DNA from: Octopus vulgaris | Lineage: Eukaryota | Reading direction: 5' to 3' | DNA: 64,000 nt | Assembly: GCA_951406725.2 (NCBI GenBank) | Contig: OX597818.1 | Location: 6,262,001 to 6,326,000 of the forward strand | In this document: one piece after another, positions 1-13,751 of the stretch | Layout: each line of letters opens with the position of its first letter | How positions within the stretch are numbered: position 1 is the stretch's first letter | Position numbers and translations under genes: made by a program | The notes under the pieces: model-generated | The model's database searches: none | What the model was told of the DNA's origin: nothing | What the model saw: only the letters and a program-made list of their open reading frames with translations

Positions 1-761
1 GATGTTAAAATAATTGTTCATACATTGTTCATGCCACTGATAATAATTTATAAAAACGTTTTCCCTGAAAGATTCCCTGTTAGAAGTATAAAATTGGGAA
101 TCTTTTTTTAAAGCTACTATAATGCTTTTGTTAAAGATATTCCTGGTGAGTAGGATGAAAAGAAACAAAATAAAATAAAAGGAAATACTTTATTTCTTTT
201 TCAATTGAACTTTGTTCAAAGAGCACTATTTGAACAAATTTACGTTTTATCAAAGTAGAAATATTTAGACGCAATAACTTTTGTAGGTTATGGTTGTTAC
301 ATTGCATGTGCAATACGGTACTGATATACAAGCGTAATCATGCGTGATGTATGCATTACACACAATTGAAATAACAATGATATACATTACACAAGCAAAA
401 TAACACACTAGACGTAGGTGTGGAAGATATCAAAACTAAATCCCAAAATAATTCATCATAATGCTTTAGTGCATGTTTCCTTATGTATTTTGTTATGGAT
501 CCATCTATATTTTTCAACACACTCACAAATGACATCACCACAACTATCTAAAAACTCTCTCTCATCTCTCATTCTCTCTCTCATCTATCTTTCTCTCAAT
601 CTCTCTCTCTCACACATACAAACACACACAGGCGCGCACACAGACACAGACTCACATTAAATAGATTTCGCTTGTGAAAAATGTCGAAAATATTGTTTCA
701 TTCCCATAATCCACATTAATTCTACTACGAACTGGCTGTCCATCTGGTGGTATTATTATTT

Positions 762-1156
762 TTTCTTACTTGTTTCAGTCATTTGACTGCGGCCATGCTG
801 GAGCACCGCCTTCAGTCGAGCAAATCGTCCCCAGAGCTTATTCTTTGTAAGCCTGGTATTTATTCTATCGGTCTCATTTGCCGAACCGCTAAGATACGGG
901 GACATAAACACACCAGTATCAGTTGTCAAGTGATGTTTTGGGGGGGACAAACACAGATATACAAACATACACACACACACACATACACACACACACACAC
1001 ATATATATATATATGCATATACGACGGGCTTCTTCCAGTTTCCGTCTACCAAATCCACTCACAAGGCTTTGGTCGGCTTGAGGCTAATGTAGAAGATACT
1101 TACACAAGTTGCCGGGCAGTGGGACTGAACCCATGACCATGTGGCTGGTAAACAAG
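762..1156 (-). mobile_element. tRNA-derived SINE (family A) with internal (CA/TA)n tract
   Basis: Minus strand starts GTGACTGTGTGGTAAGTAGCTTG...GGTTCAGTCCCAC (A/B-box-like). Homologous copies at 9270-9432 and 52338-52733. Confidence 0.85.
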
Positions 1157-2579
1157 CTACTTACCACACAGTCACTCAATTACCTAAATATATGACATGT
1201 TACGCAACCCTTTGGTGCATTTTTTTCATCTTTTACAATTTGCAAAATCTCGAAGAAAGCGAAAGATCCAGTATGTAAGATATTTCTTTAACTGGAGATA
1301 TCAGTTTTTTTTATACACAGGTGATATTTTCTGAAAATATTCCTTCTTAAACGTAGATTTTCTGTTAAAACGAACTATTTCGAGATAAAATCTCATATTG
1401 GCTTTTGGTGCAAAATGTACTCAACTTTATAATGCTAACGGGGAGCCGAATCTCCGTCGTCTCTAGCACCCACTAGCTCACGCGATTTCGACCTTTCTTG
1501 GCCTCGTTAATGATACAGGCTAAACCGCTAGAAATAATAGTCATTTGTATTTTTACAAAATATGTTTACTTTTATGAAACAAACTAAAAGAGGTCACGTG
1601 TAGAAAATGTAATATTTTCAGTATTAAGTAAATTTTAATTGATTTTTAAGAAACACTATGATGGTTTAGCTTACTCTCAGAAAACTAAACGCCATAAAAT
1701 CAGCAAATATTTCACAAACTAATTAAAGAAAGTGGTTAGTATGAATTATCTAACGTCTATAAAACTGGATGTTGTTAAAAAAATATTTTCCTGTTGTATA
1801 ACCGTTGTCTTCTTATGCATAACATGTATTTCACAAACAGTATACACGGTGTGTGAGATCTGTAACTGAATACATCATATATGCCTTGCATGTTAGACTA
1901 CGTAATAATGAATTGAATAAATTAAGAGAGAATATAACTTACATGAAAGAAACAACTATATAAGTCACCATATCCATTATGGATCTTGCTAAAGCTACAC
2001 ATTAGAATATTACGATATAGATGCGTTTGGAGAAGCGTTACTTATAAAATCGCCTAAGCTTAAAACTCAGTCCATAATTTTATTATCTACTGTGAATATT
2101 ATCACTTTTAGCTATGTTGTTAATAAATAAGTAACTAAAAGAAATAAGTGTAAATTATGTGGACACAATAGCTCGTTTTAAAATAAGGGAATGGTTATAG
2201 AACATGATATGAAACAAATCTGAGTATTATTCATCAGAGCACACCCGTTCAAAACTGGAAATTTTATTTCAACATGTCACAAATCCAACCACACTGTATT
2301 CAATTTTGGAAATTTACTGCTTAATATCGCAACTATTCTTATCAGGAATATAATTTAATTCTTATATTATCCTAATATTTACTGCCGTCCCACCGGCTCA
2401 TATATTCAATCATCTAAATGTTAAAGATGAGCCAAAGAAATGTTATCTTTCGGTTTAGAATTCTTGAAAGAAAACCTATGTATCTGTGCTCAGTTTGTTT
2501 TTCTACACCTGCATATCATTGTGGCTATGCATGTGTGTATGTGTGTGTATGCATGTATGTGTATGCATGTGATTTAGCA

Positions 2580-2626
<47 letters not shown>

Positions 2627-4407
2627 GGTGGTATGTTTGAAACTTTTTAAACATTCATATAATTGATCATTTAAATAACATTTATACTCTCTCAAAAATA
2701 TATATTATTCCATTACATTTTATGTGAAATTACCTAACTTTCATTTATGATTTAACACAAAACTAAATTATTCTATACCCAACATATAAAGGCAAAATAT
2801 AGGAGTAAACCTTTTGAGTATAAATAAATGAAGGAAGGAATGACATAAGTAAAACGTGAGAGAAATATTTATCTTTATACATACCTTCGCATAATTTACT
2901 ACCAAAGAAACCAAAAGATGTATAAAAAAACACAATCGCAATGCCAAGGAAAACCTGAAAATTGTTTAGAATATATTGAAAATATCAAATTATTTTACTC
3001 AAAATGTGTGAATATTGCAGTTGGATTGAAAGATAATAGATTCTCGTTTCTTTTTGAGAAAAAAAATCAAATTCGATTTGCATATCCATATCACGAATAC
3101 GAAATAAAATGCATAGACGCACACATATAAATAAGCAAAAACAAGTTACATGAAGCGTTCACAAAAGTAGAGAACCATACACAGCAATATGTGAACGTAG
3201 ATACTGGCATAACTGTTCAATCATTAACTTCTATTCACAAACACATGGCCCAAGTTTCAAACTTGATCCTTGCTTTTCGGTCGATATTTTCTACAACATT
3301 GAAATAACCAATGCACTGTGTGTGGGATTTGTTTGACGAAACATTTGCAGAAGTCAGTTCTATATTTGAATAATGATATTAAAATATCAAATGCTTAAAG
3401 TGCATTGTTTTTATTCTATTCAGCAATCGTTACATTGTGAGCAACAGGAGAAAAGTCATAACTACATTCTCCCAATCGACATTTTTTTAAGAATACGCGT
3501 GATTCAACGGGTTTTATTATTTAAAACTGAACGCTAATATATAAACGAAAGAAAAACTGCACGGTAACAAATCAAAACAAAATAATTGTCAGTTATCTCA
3601 GAATTTATGCAAGTGGCATAAACTGCAAACACTAAAATGGTCACCACCAGAAATAATTTGCTCATAATACCACTGTTGATGTGGACGCTATATAAATCTT
3701 GTTCCTTCGAAAACAGCTTCAGCCTTCACCTGTCCATATGTATTCTTTTGCAATGACTTTTGGGTTATACGTATTTTTATTATTTATCTTTTAACTTCGG
3801 TTTCCATTCCGCGTTTGCTTTTGTTTTTGACAGGTTACTGCGCATTAAGTGTTATCTTGAATTATTTTGGCTTGAGAATGTGAAAGAAATGTGTAAGAAC
3901 GCGAGACATAAAAGGAGGTAGAGGGATAAAGAGAGAAGAATGAGAGAAAAGGAAGCGAAACAGTGATTCTGTCATAGGTACGTGCCTTCTATGTTTGCTC
4001 CTTTTATATGTTTTATTGAGAGTGCAATTTTTCCGAAATCCATTCGATACTTTCCAAAAGGAATGTCGACGCCATTTAGAAATATCTTAATTTATTGCGA
4101 CAGAAAGACCACAGAAGGAAAGAGAAGGGAAACATATAAGATATTTTGGATTAAATAAGGGAGGACAGCGAAGCTTACTGGCAATGTGCAAAGAGAAATT
4201 GTTGTCTCAAAGAAAAAGAATTTATGGTGTGATGTATGGTTTAAAAATGAATAATATTAACATTCAAGTCAGGAAATAGTAATAAACATATAAAATGATA
4301 TATAAACTTGTAATATAAAAAGATATGTTCAAATGCTACAGAATATTAGTTCTTATTCTGTTTCGCTCTCGTTTAAAATCTGTCGGGTGCATACATAAAA
4401 GCAAACT

Positions 4408-4464
<57 letters not shown>

Positions 4465-4550
4465 ATATACACACACATATATATACATATATATACATAC
4501 ATATATATATACATGCGTATATATATATATATATATATACATACAAACAT

Positions 4551-4593
<43 letters not shown>

Positions 4594-5027
4594 CAACTTA
4601 AAAAAACGGGCAAAAAGTTCTGTATCATTGTGCTAGTTATATTTGTTTTGTTTTTTCAACAACAAGTCTTGTTTACTGGATTATTCCAGGGATTATTCTC
4701 CGATGCTAAGTAGTTATGAATATTATTCTACAAGAAAAGAAATACGGCACTAAATAATTAAGCGCACGCTGTTACGAACAGCATTGCTTTTAGTAGTGTT
4801 GTATGTAGTTATTTAGATTTTAGATAACATTGTGCAGGAGAAATCCTTTCTCATAATACTAGTGGATGTCGTAATTGCCGTATAGGCCACAAACACCGAT
4901 TGCACTATGCATATTTTATGTTTGTGTGTGTGTGCATATCTGTGTGTATTTGTACGTGCGTACGTGTGCGTGTGTGTGCGCGTGTGTATATGCATGTGAG
5001 CATACATTTAGATAGAAAATAGATAAT

Positions 5028-6062
5028 ACGAAGGTGGCTGAAAATGACTTAAACCGTCTTTGAAATCTTGCAAGCATTAATTTCTATCCATTAATTTCTT
5101 ATTAATAACTGCATTGTTTCTTTCGATATATGACTGATCAAAGAAGACTTCAGAATTTACTAGTTGCGAATTCTCATGAAAACAGAGAAAATTTCGCGTC
5201 ATGGTGTTATCAAGTACCTGCAGAAAAGGGGTTTAGCCGCCAAGGACATTCAGGTTGACATGCTTGCTACATCAAGTGTTGCCACTCCAGCTTTATAAAC
5301 AGTGCAAAATTGGGTGACTGCACTTAGGAAGTGAGGAAAAGTCTTGAAGACGACCTAAAATTTCGATATCCTGCAACTGCCACCATGGAGAAAAACATTG
5401 ATGGTGTTCACACATGCAGACGGATGACAAGCCATTTACTGTAAACCAAACAGCCAATGCCATTAGCATATCTAATAAGAGATTTGCGAATATGCTGGAC
5501 CTCCGGCAACTGCTGCCACCGAGGAAAAGATTGATCGTGTTCAACACATGCTAATGGATGACAGGCGATTGATTGAAGCTAGTGCAATTAGCCTAGCCAA
5601 TAACAATAACATTAGCATATTTAGTGAAGGAGTTGAGAATATTCTGCACGGTGAACTTGGAATGACGAAGATGGGTGATACGTCTTCTGGCATGTGATCA
5701 AAAGTGTAGCAAGCTGATCACATCAGAGTAAAATCTGAAATAGTTTGAGATAGTTCCATCTTGATTCCTTGAGCGCTTCCTAACTCAGGATGAATCTTGG
5801 GTTAACAACTGTGGTGCAGAGAAAAGAATACAATAAACAAGATCTAGTTCGTTCGTTCTACAGGGAAACTGATAGATTCAATGTTTTGGCATGCAAAAGT
5901 CATTGTGTTTATTGATTATCTTCAAACGGCCACCCCATCCATAAAGCGTACTAAGCCATCTCGCTGAGACAGGTACATGAGACTATCAAGACCAAACACC
6001 CAGAAAAATCTTACGAAAGGGATCTTATTTCATCAGAACTGTTCTCCAGCACACCGATGTTT
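5028..6062 (+). mobile_element. Degenerate mariner (DD34D-type) transposon remnant with internal tandem duplication
   Basis: Homologous to 14164-15385. Residual TQDES and IDYLQ motifs with many stops and frameshifts. ~130-bp internal duplication (5370-5490 vs 5505-5640). Confidence 0.75.
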
Positions 6063-6133
6063 CGTCTCAATTACAGCTTTGCACGATAGTATATTTCAGT
6101 TTGTCTATAAAATCTCCTAAGGTATTTTTCGAC

Positions 6134-6384
<251 letters not shown>

Positions 6385-6683
6385 TGGAAACAATGAATCA
6401 ACACGACTCCGATTAGCCACAGCGGCGTTTCGAGATAAAAAAGTGCTTTTTTCTTCTACAAAAAGGAATTTTTAACTCCTGTTTGTAAATTTGGTATGTG
6501 GTGAAGCAATTAGCGCACCCCTAATTATAATTATGTTTATAATTATAGACTATTTGTTTAATTTTGCCTATAAACGTTATTTTAATGTACCGATCTACTT
6601 GCTAAAATTGTTAATTAATTGATTGATTAATTAAGGAATTTAATTGATTAATTTTACCCTATTATTATTAATTTGAAATTATA

Positions 6684-6707
6684 CACACTCACACACACAC
6701 ACATATA

Positions 6708-6743
<36 letters not shown>

Positions 6744-6801
6744 TGTATGTATGTATGTACATATATATATATATATATATGTGTGTGTATGCATGTATGT
6801 A

Positions 6802-6841
<40 letters not shown>

Positions 6842-7460
6842 CTATTGTGTCTGAGAAGAGTCATTTTCTTTTTGTGCCTTATTATGTAACAAACTCACCG
6901 GAAATTTCCACGTTTTTCTTTTTTTGTCCTAAAATTTTCGTTGCGTGTACCAATCTTTTCAACAGTTTTGACTCTCTCCGTTATTTACACTACATTCCCT
7001 TTTGTTTGTCTGTGCGCATGTGTGTGTGTATGTGTGTGTGCCTATACATGCATGCATGTACGTATGTATGTATGTGTGTGTTTGCATGTGTATGTATGTA
7101 CATATGTGTGTGTGTGCATCTGTATGTACGTATCCTGCAAATGTATGTGCTTGCATGTCCGTGTTTGTGTATTTTCTATGTATGTATGTGTCAGCATGTG
7201 TTTGTATATGTATGCACCTCTGTCTCCTTGTGTGTGCATTTCTGTGTGTGTGTGTGTTAAGCAACTATGTACCATGTTTGTATGTATGGATGTGCATCTT
7301 TATATGTGTGAATCCGTGTCTCCTTATTTGTCTGTTCATATAGTCTATATACCTATCCGTCTGTATATTGATCTGTTTCTTTACATATCTATATGTATAG
7401 AAATAAAAAAAGTGCATACACACACACACTCATACCCATATACATACATATATCTATCTA
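6684..7460. repeat. Degenerate (TA)/(TATG)/(TG) microsatellite region
   Basis: Direct reading; explains the YI/VC/HT-rich ORFs. Confidence 0.9.
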
Positions 7461-7522
7461 CCTAACAATCCACTAACTATTCTACTCTACCTGCGTAAAC
7501 TGTGGATATAGAGGTATGGTAT

Positions 7523-8352
7523 TTACTGTGTATATTTCTTATTTAGTATTCGGGAGGTTTCATTTATAAGGACGTACTCCCATATTTGTCTGAGTGTTGG
7601 GTTTTTTGGAAGCTTAGATAAGATGCGGATGTGAAGTTGACCCAAGTTACTTCCATGGTGGTCTTTGGCATGCTGGTAGAGTATAGAGGACTGTTTTCTG
7701 TCGTCATATTGTTTTAGATGTTCATTTATCGTTCCACAATGCTCCATGACGTCACCCATATATACATCATGTTCATGTCCTTACAAGTATCTTCTATGCA
7801 TCTTATGCTGTAAACTACATTTCGAGTTCTACAGTTAACACCAGGGCTAATCCTACACACCATGCAGTTATCATTGGTGCATATGGTATTCTCAAAGGGG
7901 TACGTCCTACATAGTTGTGATCTGACGGATTTCCCTGGCTTTTCAACAATTTTAATGTTGAGCTTGGTCTCCTTCAGGGGGGGGGGACTAGAAAGAAATT
8001 CGATAACATTGTACGTAATGATACCAGTGGTACCTGCCCTAGATATAGAAAGAAAGAATGGAATAGAATACAAAGAACTTGTGACAAAGCAAGCAGGGCG
8101 AACACGTGGTATAAAACCGACAAATATCAAGGAGTGATGTTTGTAGAGGCTACATCCCATGGAGAGCTAGGTCGTAGATTTAGAAAAGCTCTGAAGGAGA
8201 CCAGACTCAACGTTAAAATTGTTGAAAAGCCAGGGAAATCCGTCAGATCACAACTATATAGGACGTACCCCTTTACGAATACCATATGCACCAATGATAA
8301 CTGCATATTATGTAGGATTAACCCTGATGTTTGTACAACTCGAAATGTAGTA
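7523..8352. mobile_element. Penelope-like element GIY-YIG fragments in inverted (tail-to-tail) arrangement
   Basis: Minus strand 7523-7977 encodes KIVEKPGKSVRSQL..C..C..C.TRNVVYSIRC..C...YI, then SSILYQH..DHH and INETSRILNKK. Plus strand 8040-8352 carries an inverted second copy of the same linker/Cys region. Confidence 0.85.
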
Positions 8353-9127
8353 CCTATGTTTACATTAGGGCAATAGCTGATTCATTCAGGAATCGTTACC
8401 GCATACATGTCGCCAGATTCAAGAAAATCAACAAGAGACATTCAATATCTTTGGTTGATTTGTGTGGCAAATTAAGGAAGATAAAACTAAGTTTAACATA
8501 ACTTGGTCCATAGGAAGGCACGCAAAACCATATGATATCATTTACGGCGCATCTATACTCACGCATACAACTCTCCACGAAGGGATAAGAATAGCACAGG
8601 TGTGGTTGGCGCACATACGTTCATATAGTGAATAGCTACTTGGTGTTTATAATAATGGGGAGGTTAAAGCTAAATTTAATTCCTCCATACATTAAGGTGA
8701 ATTGTGATTATTAATTAGGTTAACAGTTAATCAAATTCATTCTCACTGCATTGTGCGAACGTGCATTGATACGAGAGGAATATTATACCCTCATATACGT
8801 TAACAGTTATATCTTATATTTTTTGCTGTATTTCATGTTCGTTTATTTTTGCACCTGTTATTTATTCTAGAAGTTCTATATAAATGAAGCTATATCCTTT
8901 AATTTACTTCTTTTCTTTTCACAAATGGTGAATATATCTTGTGGAACTGTTATTATAACGAGTTATATCTATTTATCACCCAAAGAGATACATTTACATC
9001 TTTGGATGGTCCCGAACCAGTTGTTAAGATTCTCACGCGTGAGGAATCGCTGCTAGAAGCGTTGAAACAATTTTAGTGATAAATGAAAATCCTCATATGT
9101 TCCATCTTCTGTCTGTCTCTCTTATTA

Positions 9128-9201
<74 letters not shown>

Positions 9202-9204
9202 TAC

Positions 9205-9258
<54 letters not shown>

Positions 9259-9269
9259 ATGTATGTATA

Positions 9270-9432
9270 TGACGGGCTTCTTTTAGTTTCCGTCTACCAA
9301 TTACACCCAGAAGTCTTTGGGCGGCTGGAGGCTATAGCGAAGGGCACTTGCCCAAATTGCCATGCTGTGGGACTGGAGCCGGAACCGTGTGGTTCGTAAG
9401 CAAGCTTCTTACCACTCATTCACACCAGCGCC
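9270..9432 (-). mobile_element. SINE family A, 5' (tRNA-head) portion
   Basis: Homologous to 1021-1156 and 52570-52733. Confidence 0.8.
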
Positions 9433-9441
9433 ATACATACA

Positions 9442-10690
9442 CAGACATGCAGGAAGTAAATGAACACCTTTAATTTTCAAAATTTTTGATCTAAGCGTCT
9501 TAATATGTATTAATAGAATTTACAATGTAATTATTTATTTTTTCATGCCAAGTGCCATTATATTAAATATTTGCGGAGAGTAAACATGCCACGCACAAAA
9601 CTTTCAACTGAACTTTCAGATTTTCAAAGAGGTCGTGTTGTTGGGCAATGTGAGGTCATTCTTACCCAACGAAAAATTGCCGAAAATCTTCAAATTCCTT
9701 CTGCTACTGTTAATAGAATTATAGTGCAATTCAAAAGCCCAAGAAAAGATCAACAGACTCTGTTCCCGGCCGACCTGGGCCCTCAGAAATGAAGCTTCGC
9801 TGTTTGAAGAGAATTGTGGAACATGAACCCCGTTCAAAGGCTTCTGACATTGCAAAGCAGCTAGAAGTTAGTCCAAGAAGATGTGTTGCATATCTACATA
9901 AGCTTGGATATTATGGACGTGCAGCTACAAGAAAAACTCTCCTTCAACCAACTAATATCATGAAAAGAAAGATATGAGCTAAGGAAATGTCAGAAAAATC
10001 CAGTTCAGTTTGGGATAGAGGGTTTTTCTCAAATGAATCCAGATTTGAATGTGTTTGGGTCTGAAGGTTTCCTAACCAACGTTTGATTTGAAACGATTCC
10101 AACCAACTATGAAACATGGCGGTATCTCTGTAATGGTATGGGGAGCTGTCACCAGCTATGGTCGTTCTGAGCTGATCGAACGTGTAGGAACCATAAACTC
10201 TGAAAAATACAACGAAATACATAAGCAAGGACTACTTCTAAAGTATTCACACGATGACATAAGGAAAAGTGAGTTTTTATTAATGGAAGATGGGCCACCA
10301 TGCCACACAGCGAAAAGGAATCAACAATGATTGACTGAAAATGGGATCAAAAAGCTTCTTGGGCCGAGCCAATCTCCTGCATTGAACCCAATTGAAAATA
10401 TTTGGAGCATACTAGATAGAGCTATAGGAAATACTCGACAGACACATAAATTTAAAGATGAATTGTTTCAAATGTTGCATAAAAAATGGGCAGAAATTCC
10501 ACAAGAAACAATCACAAAGCTCATCAGTTTAATGCCCAAAAGAGTTTCTGAATTAAAATCTGCAATGGGAATGTCAGCTAAATACTAAAGTATGTAGTCC
10601 TACCTATCGATTACATTTCATTTGTTCACGTTTCGCATTAAACAAAAGATGTTGAAAATTAAAGGTGTCTATTTACTTCCTGCATGTCTG
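9442..10690 (+). mobile_element. Full-length Tc1-family DNA transposon (inactive)
   Basis: ~39-bp TIRs: CAGACATGCAGGAAGTAAATGAACACCTTTAATTTTCAA and TTGAAAATTAAAGGTGTCTATTTACTTCCTGCATGTCTG. About 1.25 kb. Confidence 0.95.
9586..10588 (+). pseudogene. Tc1 DD34E transposase pseudogene
   Basis: MPRTKLSTELSDFQRGRVVG HTH start; FSNES, PTMKHGGISVMVWG, MEDGPPCH and SPALNPIENIW motifs; frameshifts and stops. Confidence 0.92.
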
Positions 10691-10691
10691 C

Positions 10692-10748
<57 letters not shown>

Positions 10749-11417
10749 TACATATATATGTGAATGCATTTCATGTATGCATATGTATGTGTATATATAC
10801 ATATAAATATATATAGAGACCTGACAGACAGACGGAGGCAAACAAACAGAGCGAATGAGAAAGCGTGTGAGTGGAAATGTCCAGAATTAGCATATCACAC
10901 CGAAGATGTCCAGCAGAAACCGTCCACGTATCATCTATTTGTCACATATTGGAATGTTTGCTGTAAATGAGAGAAGGTGATAATATTAACGAGATTGTTT
11001 GACTTTCTTGTACTCCTAACGTCATATTACTCCAATTCTTAATGGCTGTTTTGGAATCGAAGAGCACGATATAGTAAAGGAATAACAAAGCCATAGTGTA
11101 ATAGCAGATGTCGATTATTTCCCTTCTCTTTGATGGATATAGTCGTCTACTTAGTAGTTGCAAGCATGTCATTGAGAGACTGGCTCTGACTGTCCTGTAT
11201 TGCCTTGTCATTGTTCATACCCCTTTTCCAACCATTTTATTGATTTCGTCTCTTATTCTTTGTAGTATGTATTAATACTAGATTTTTCTTTGTATGAATG
11301 TTTCAGTGATGTGACAATTATAGCTTGAATTGATTTACATATCATACTAACGTGTTAATAAGGGTATACAGACGAACAAACAAGCACACACGCGTACATA
11401 CATACAGGCATATATAC

Positions 11418-11492
<75 letters not shown>

Positions 11493-11493
<1 letters not shown>

Positions 11494-11841
11494 AGGGTAA
11501 AGACCCCCTTCGGTCATGAGTGACCATGGGTTTGCACCTAGAGAGTTACCCTCTGAGGCACAAGTCTGGGCAAGGTTGTTTTTTTTTATGGAAGACCAGT
11601 AGTCGCCCATGCATACCGGCCTCCCCTCTCCACGCCACCAGTGTTATCCAAGGGAAAGACAAAGGTCGATACAGCTTGGCACCTGTGACGTCGCAACTCA
11701 TTTCTACAGCTGAGTGAACTGGAGCAACATGAAATAAAGTGTCTTGCTCAAGAACACAACACGCAGCCTGGTCCGGGATTTGAGCTCAAAACCTCACGAT
11801 CGTAAGCTCGACGCTCTAACCACTGAGCCATGCGCCTTCAC
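11493..11841 (-). mobile_element. tRNA-derived SINE (family B) inserted in (TA)n
   Basis: Minus strand GGCGCATGGCTCAGTGGTTAGAGCG...GAGCTCAAATCCCGG head, then GTGTTGTGTTCTTGAGCAAGACACTTTA core. Confidence 0.85.
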
Positions 11842-12482
<641 letters not shown>

Positions 12483-13751
12483 TATATATATTTGTACATA
12501 CACACACTTAAACAAACACATAGACACATATTGTAGATGAATACTCAAGTATTTAGTCATAATAGAATGGCAACCATATATTACTAAATACTGATTTGTG
12601 AGCAATGTGTACTCACGTAAGCATAATATGTTTAGACCACTCTTTTCTCTTCAAGTACTACATCATGGTCAACGCCAGCATTGTTTAAGCTACAGTGGTT
12701 TGTTGGCGGAGCAGCAAATAAAGTATAATCTGCATAACCATTATGGAATTGACCTTTAGATGACCTGCCCGATATTACTGATAAAAGTAGAATGCGGGAG
12801 AAACTCTTTGCTATTAATAAATCGAATTACTTAAAAATTTATGAAGCTGAACTAGACTGTTATGGCTTATAGCAAATGAACTAACGGATATCTGTATGAC
12901 CTCCACTGATATTTTCTTCTTTCCTTCCCTACATTTTCCAAGAGACAACATTTAGTCTCCACCCAAATACAAAAGTCGAAAAATAATATTTTATAGCTTA
13001 ATGCTCAACATATTTACGATAGACGAAATTATATATCATTTAACGTAGGTTGAGCGGACTATGTGTCGAACTTGCTTTAATAAATCATTAGGGTTTCTTT
13101 TTTTTTTTTACGTAATTTTGATCTCATACTACAGACATTATCTTGTGGAACTTTTTTATCTATCACTCTTCCACCGCCACAAATATTACACTGGGTGGGA
13201 TGGAACATTAATAAGTTTCAGTTATTTCAACGCATAGTTCAAACTATATAGGTAGTGCAAAAAATAAAGTCTTGTTGATTTACCTTTGTGAGGGTATTCT
13301 GTAAAGAATGATAACTATTGTTGTGTATATGTATGTAAACACACACCCGCGCGCGCACACAAACGCATACACACACACACACACGCACACGTATGCATAC
13401 ACGTACACATCCATATATAATCAGCTGAAATTGCGAGGATGATCCGGTTCTTGACTGAAGATTAGAGGCTTCGAATGACCCGTCCGTTTTTTGTGTCGTC
13501 TATTTGAATGTTTTGCGTTCTTGTCCCATTTTGTATTTTTATATATATTTTTTATACATATATATATATATGTGTGTGTGTGTGTGTATGTGTGTGCGCG
13601 TATGTGTAAGTCAACAGATCATAATGCTATAAAAATGCATAGAAATTTTGGCTTGATGTATATATATATATATATACTAAATATGAAACTATTTTGATAT
13701 TCCAAGAGTCCCAGAGTCGATACGATTAATAGATTGGTGACAAAAGCATTG

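Noticed and set aside
13450-13485. CTGAAGA...GAAT motif in a short repeat
   Set aside because: No GAAA box and no consistent stems.
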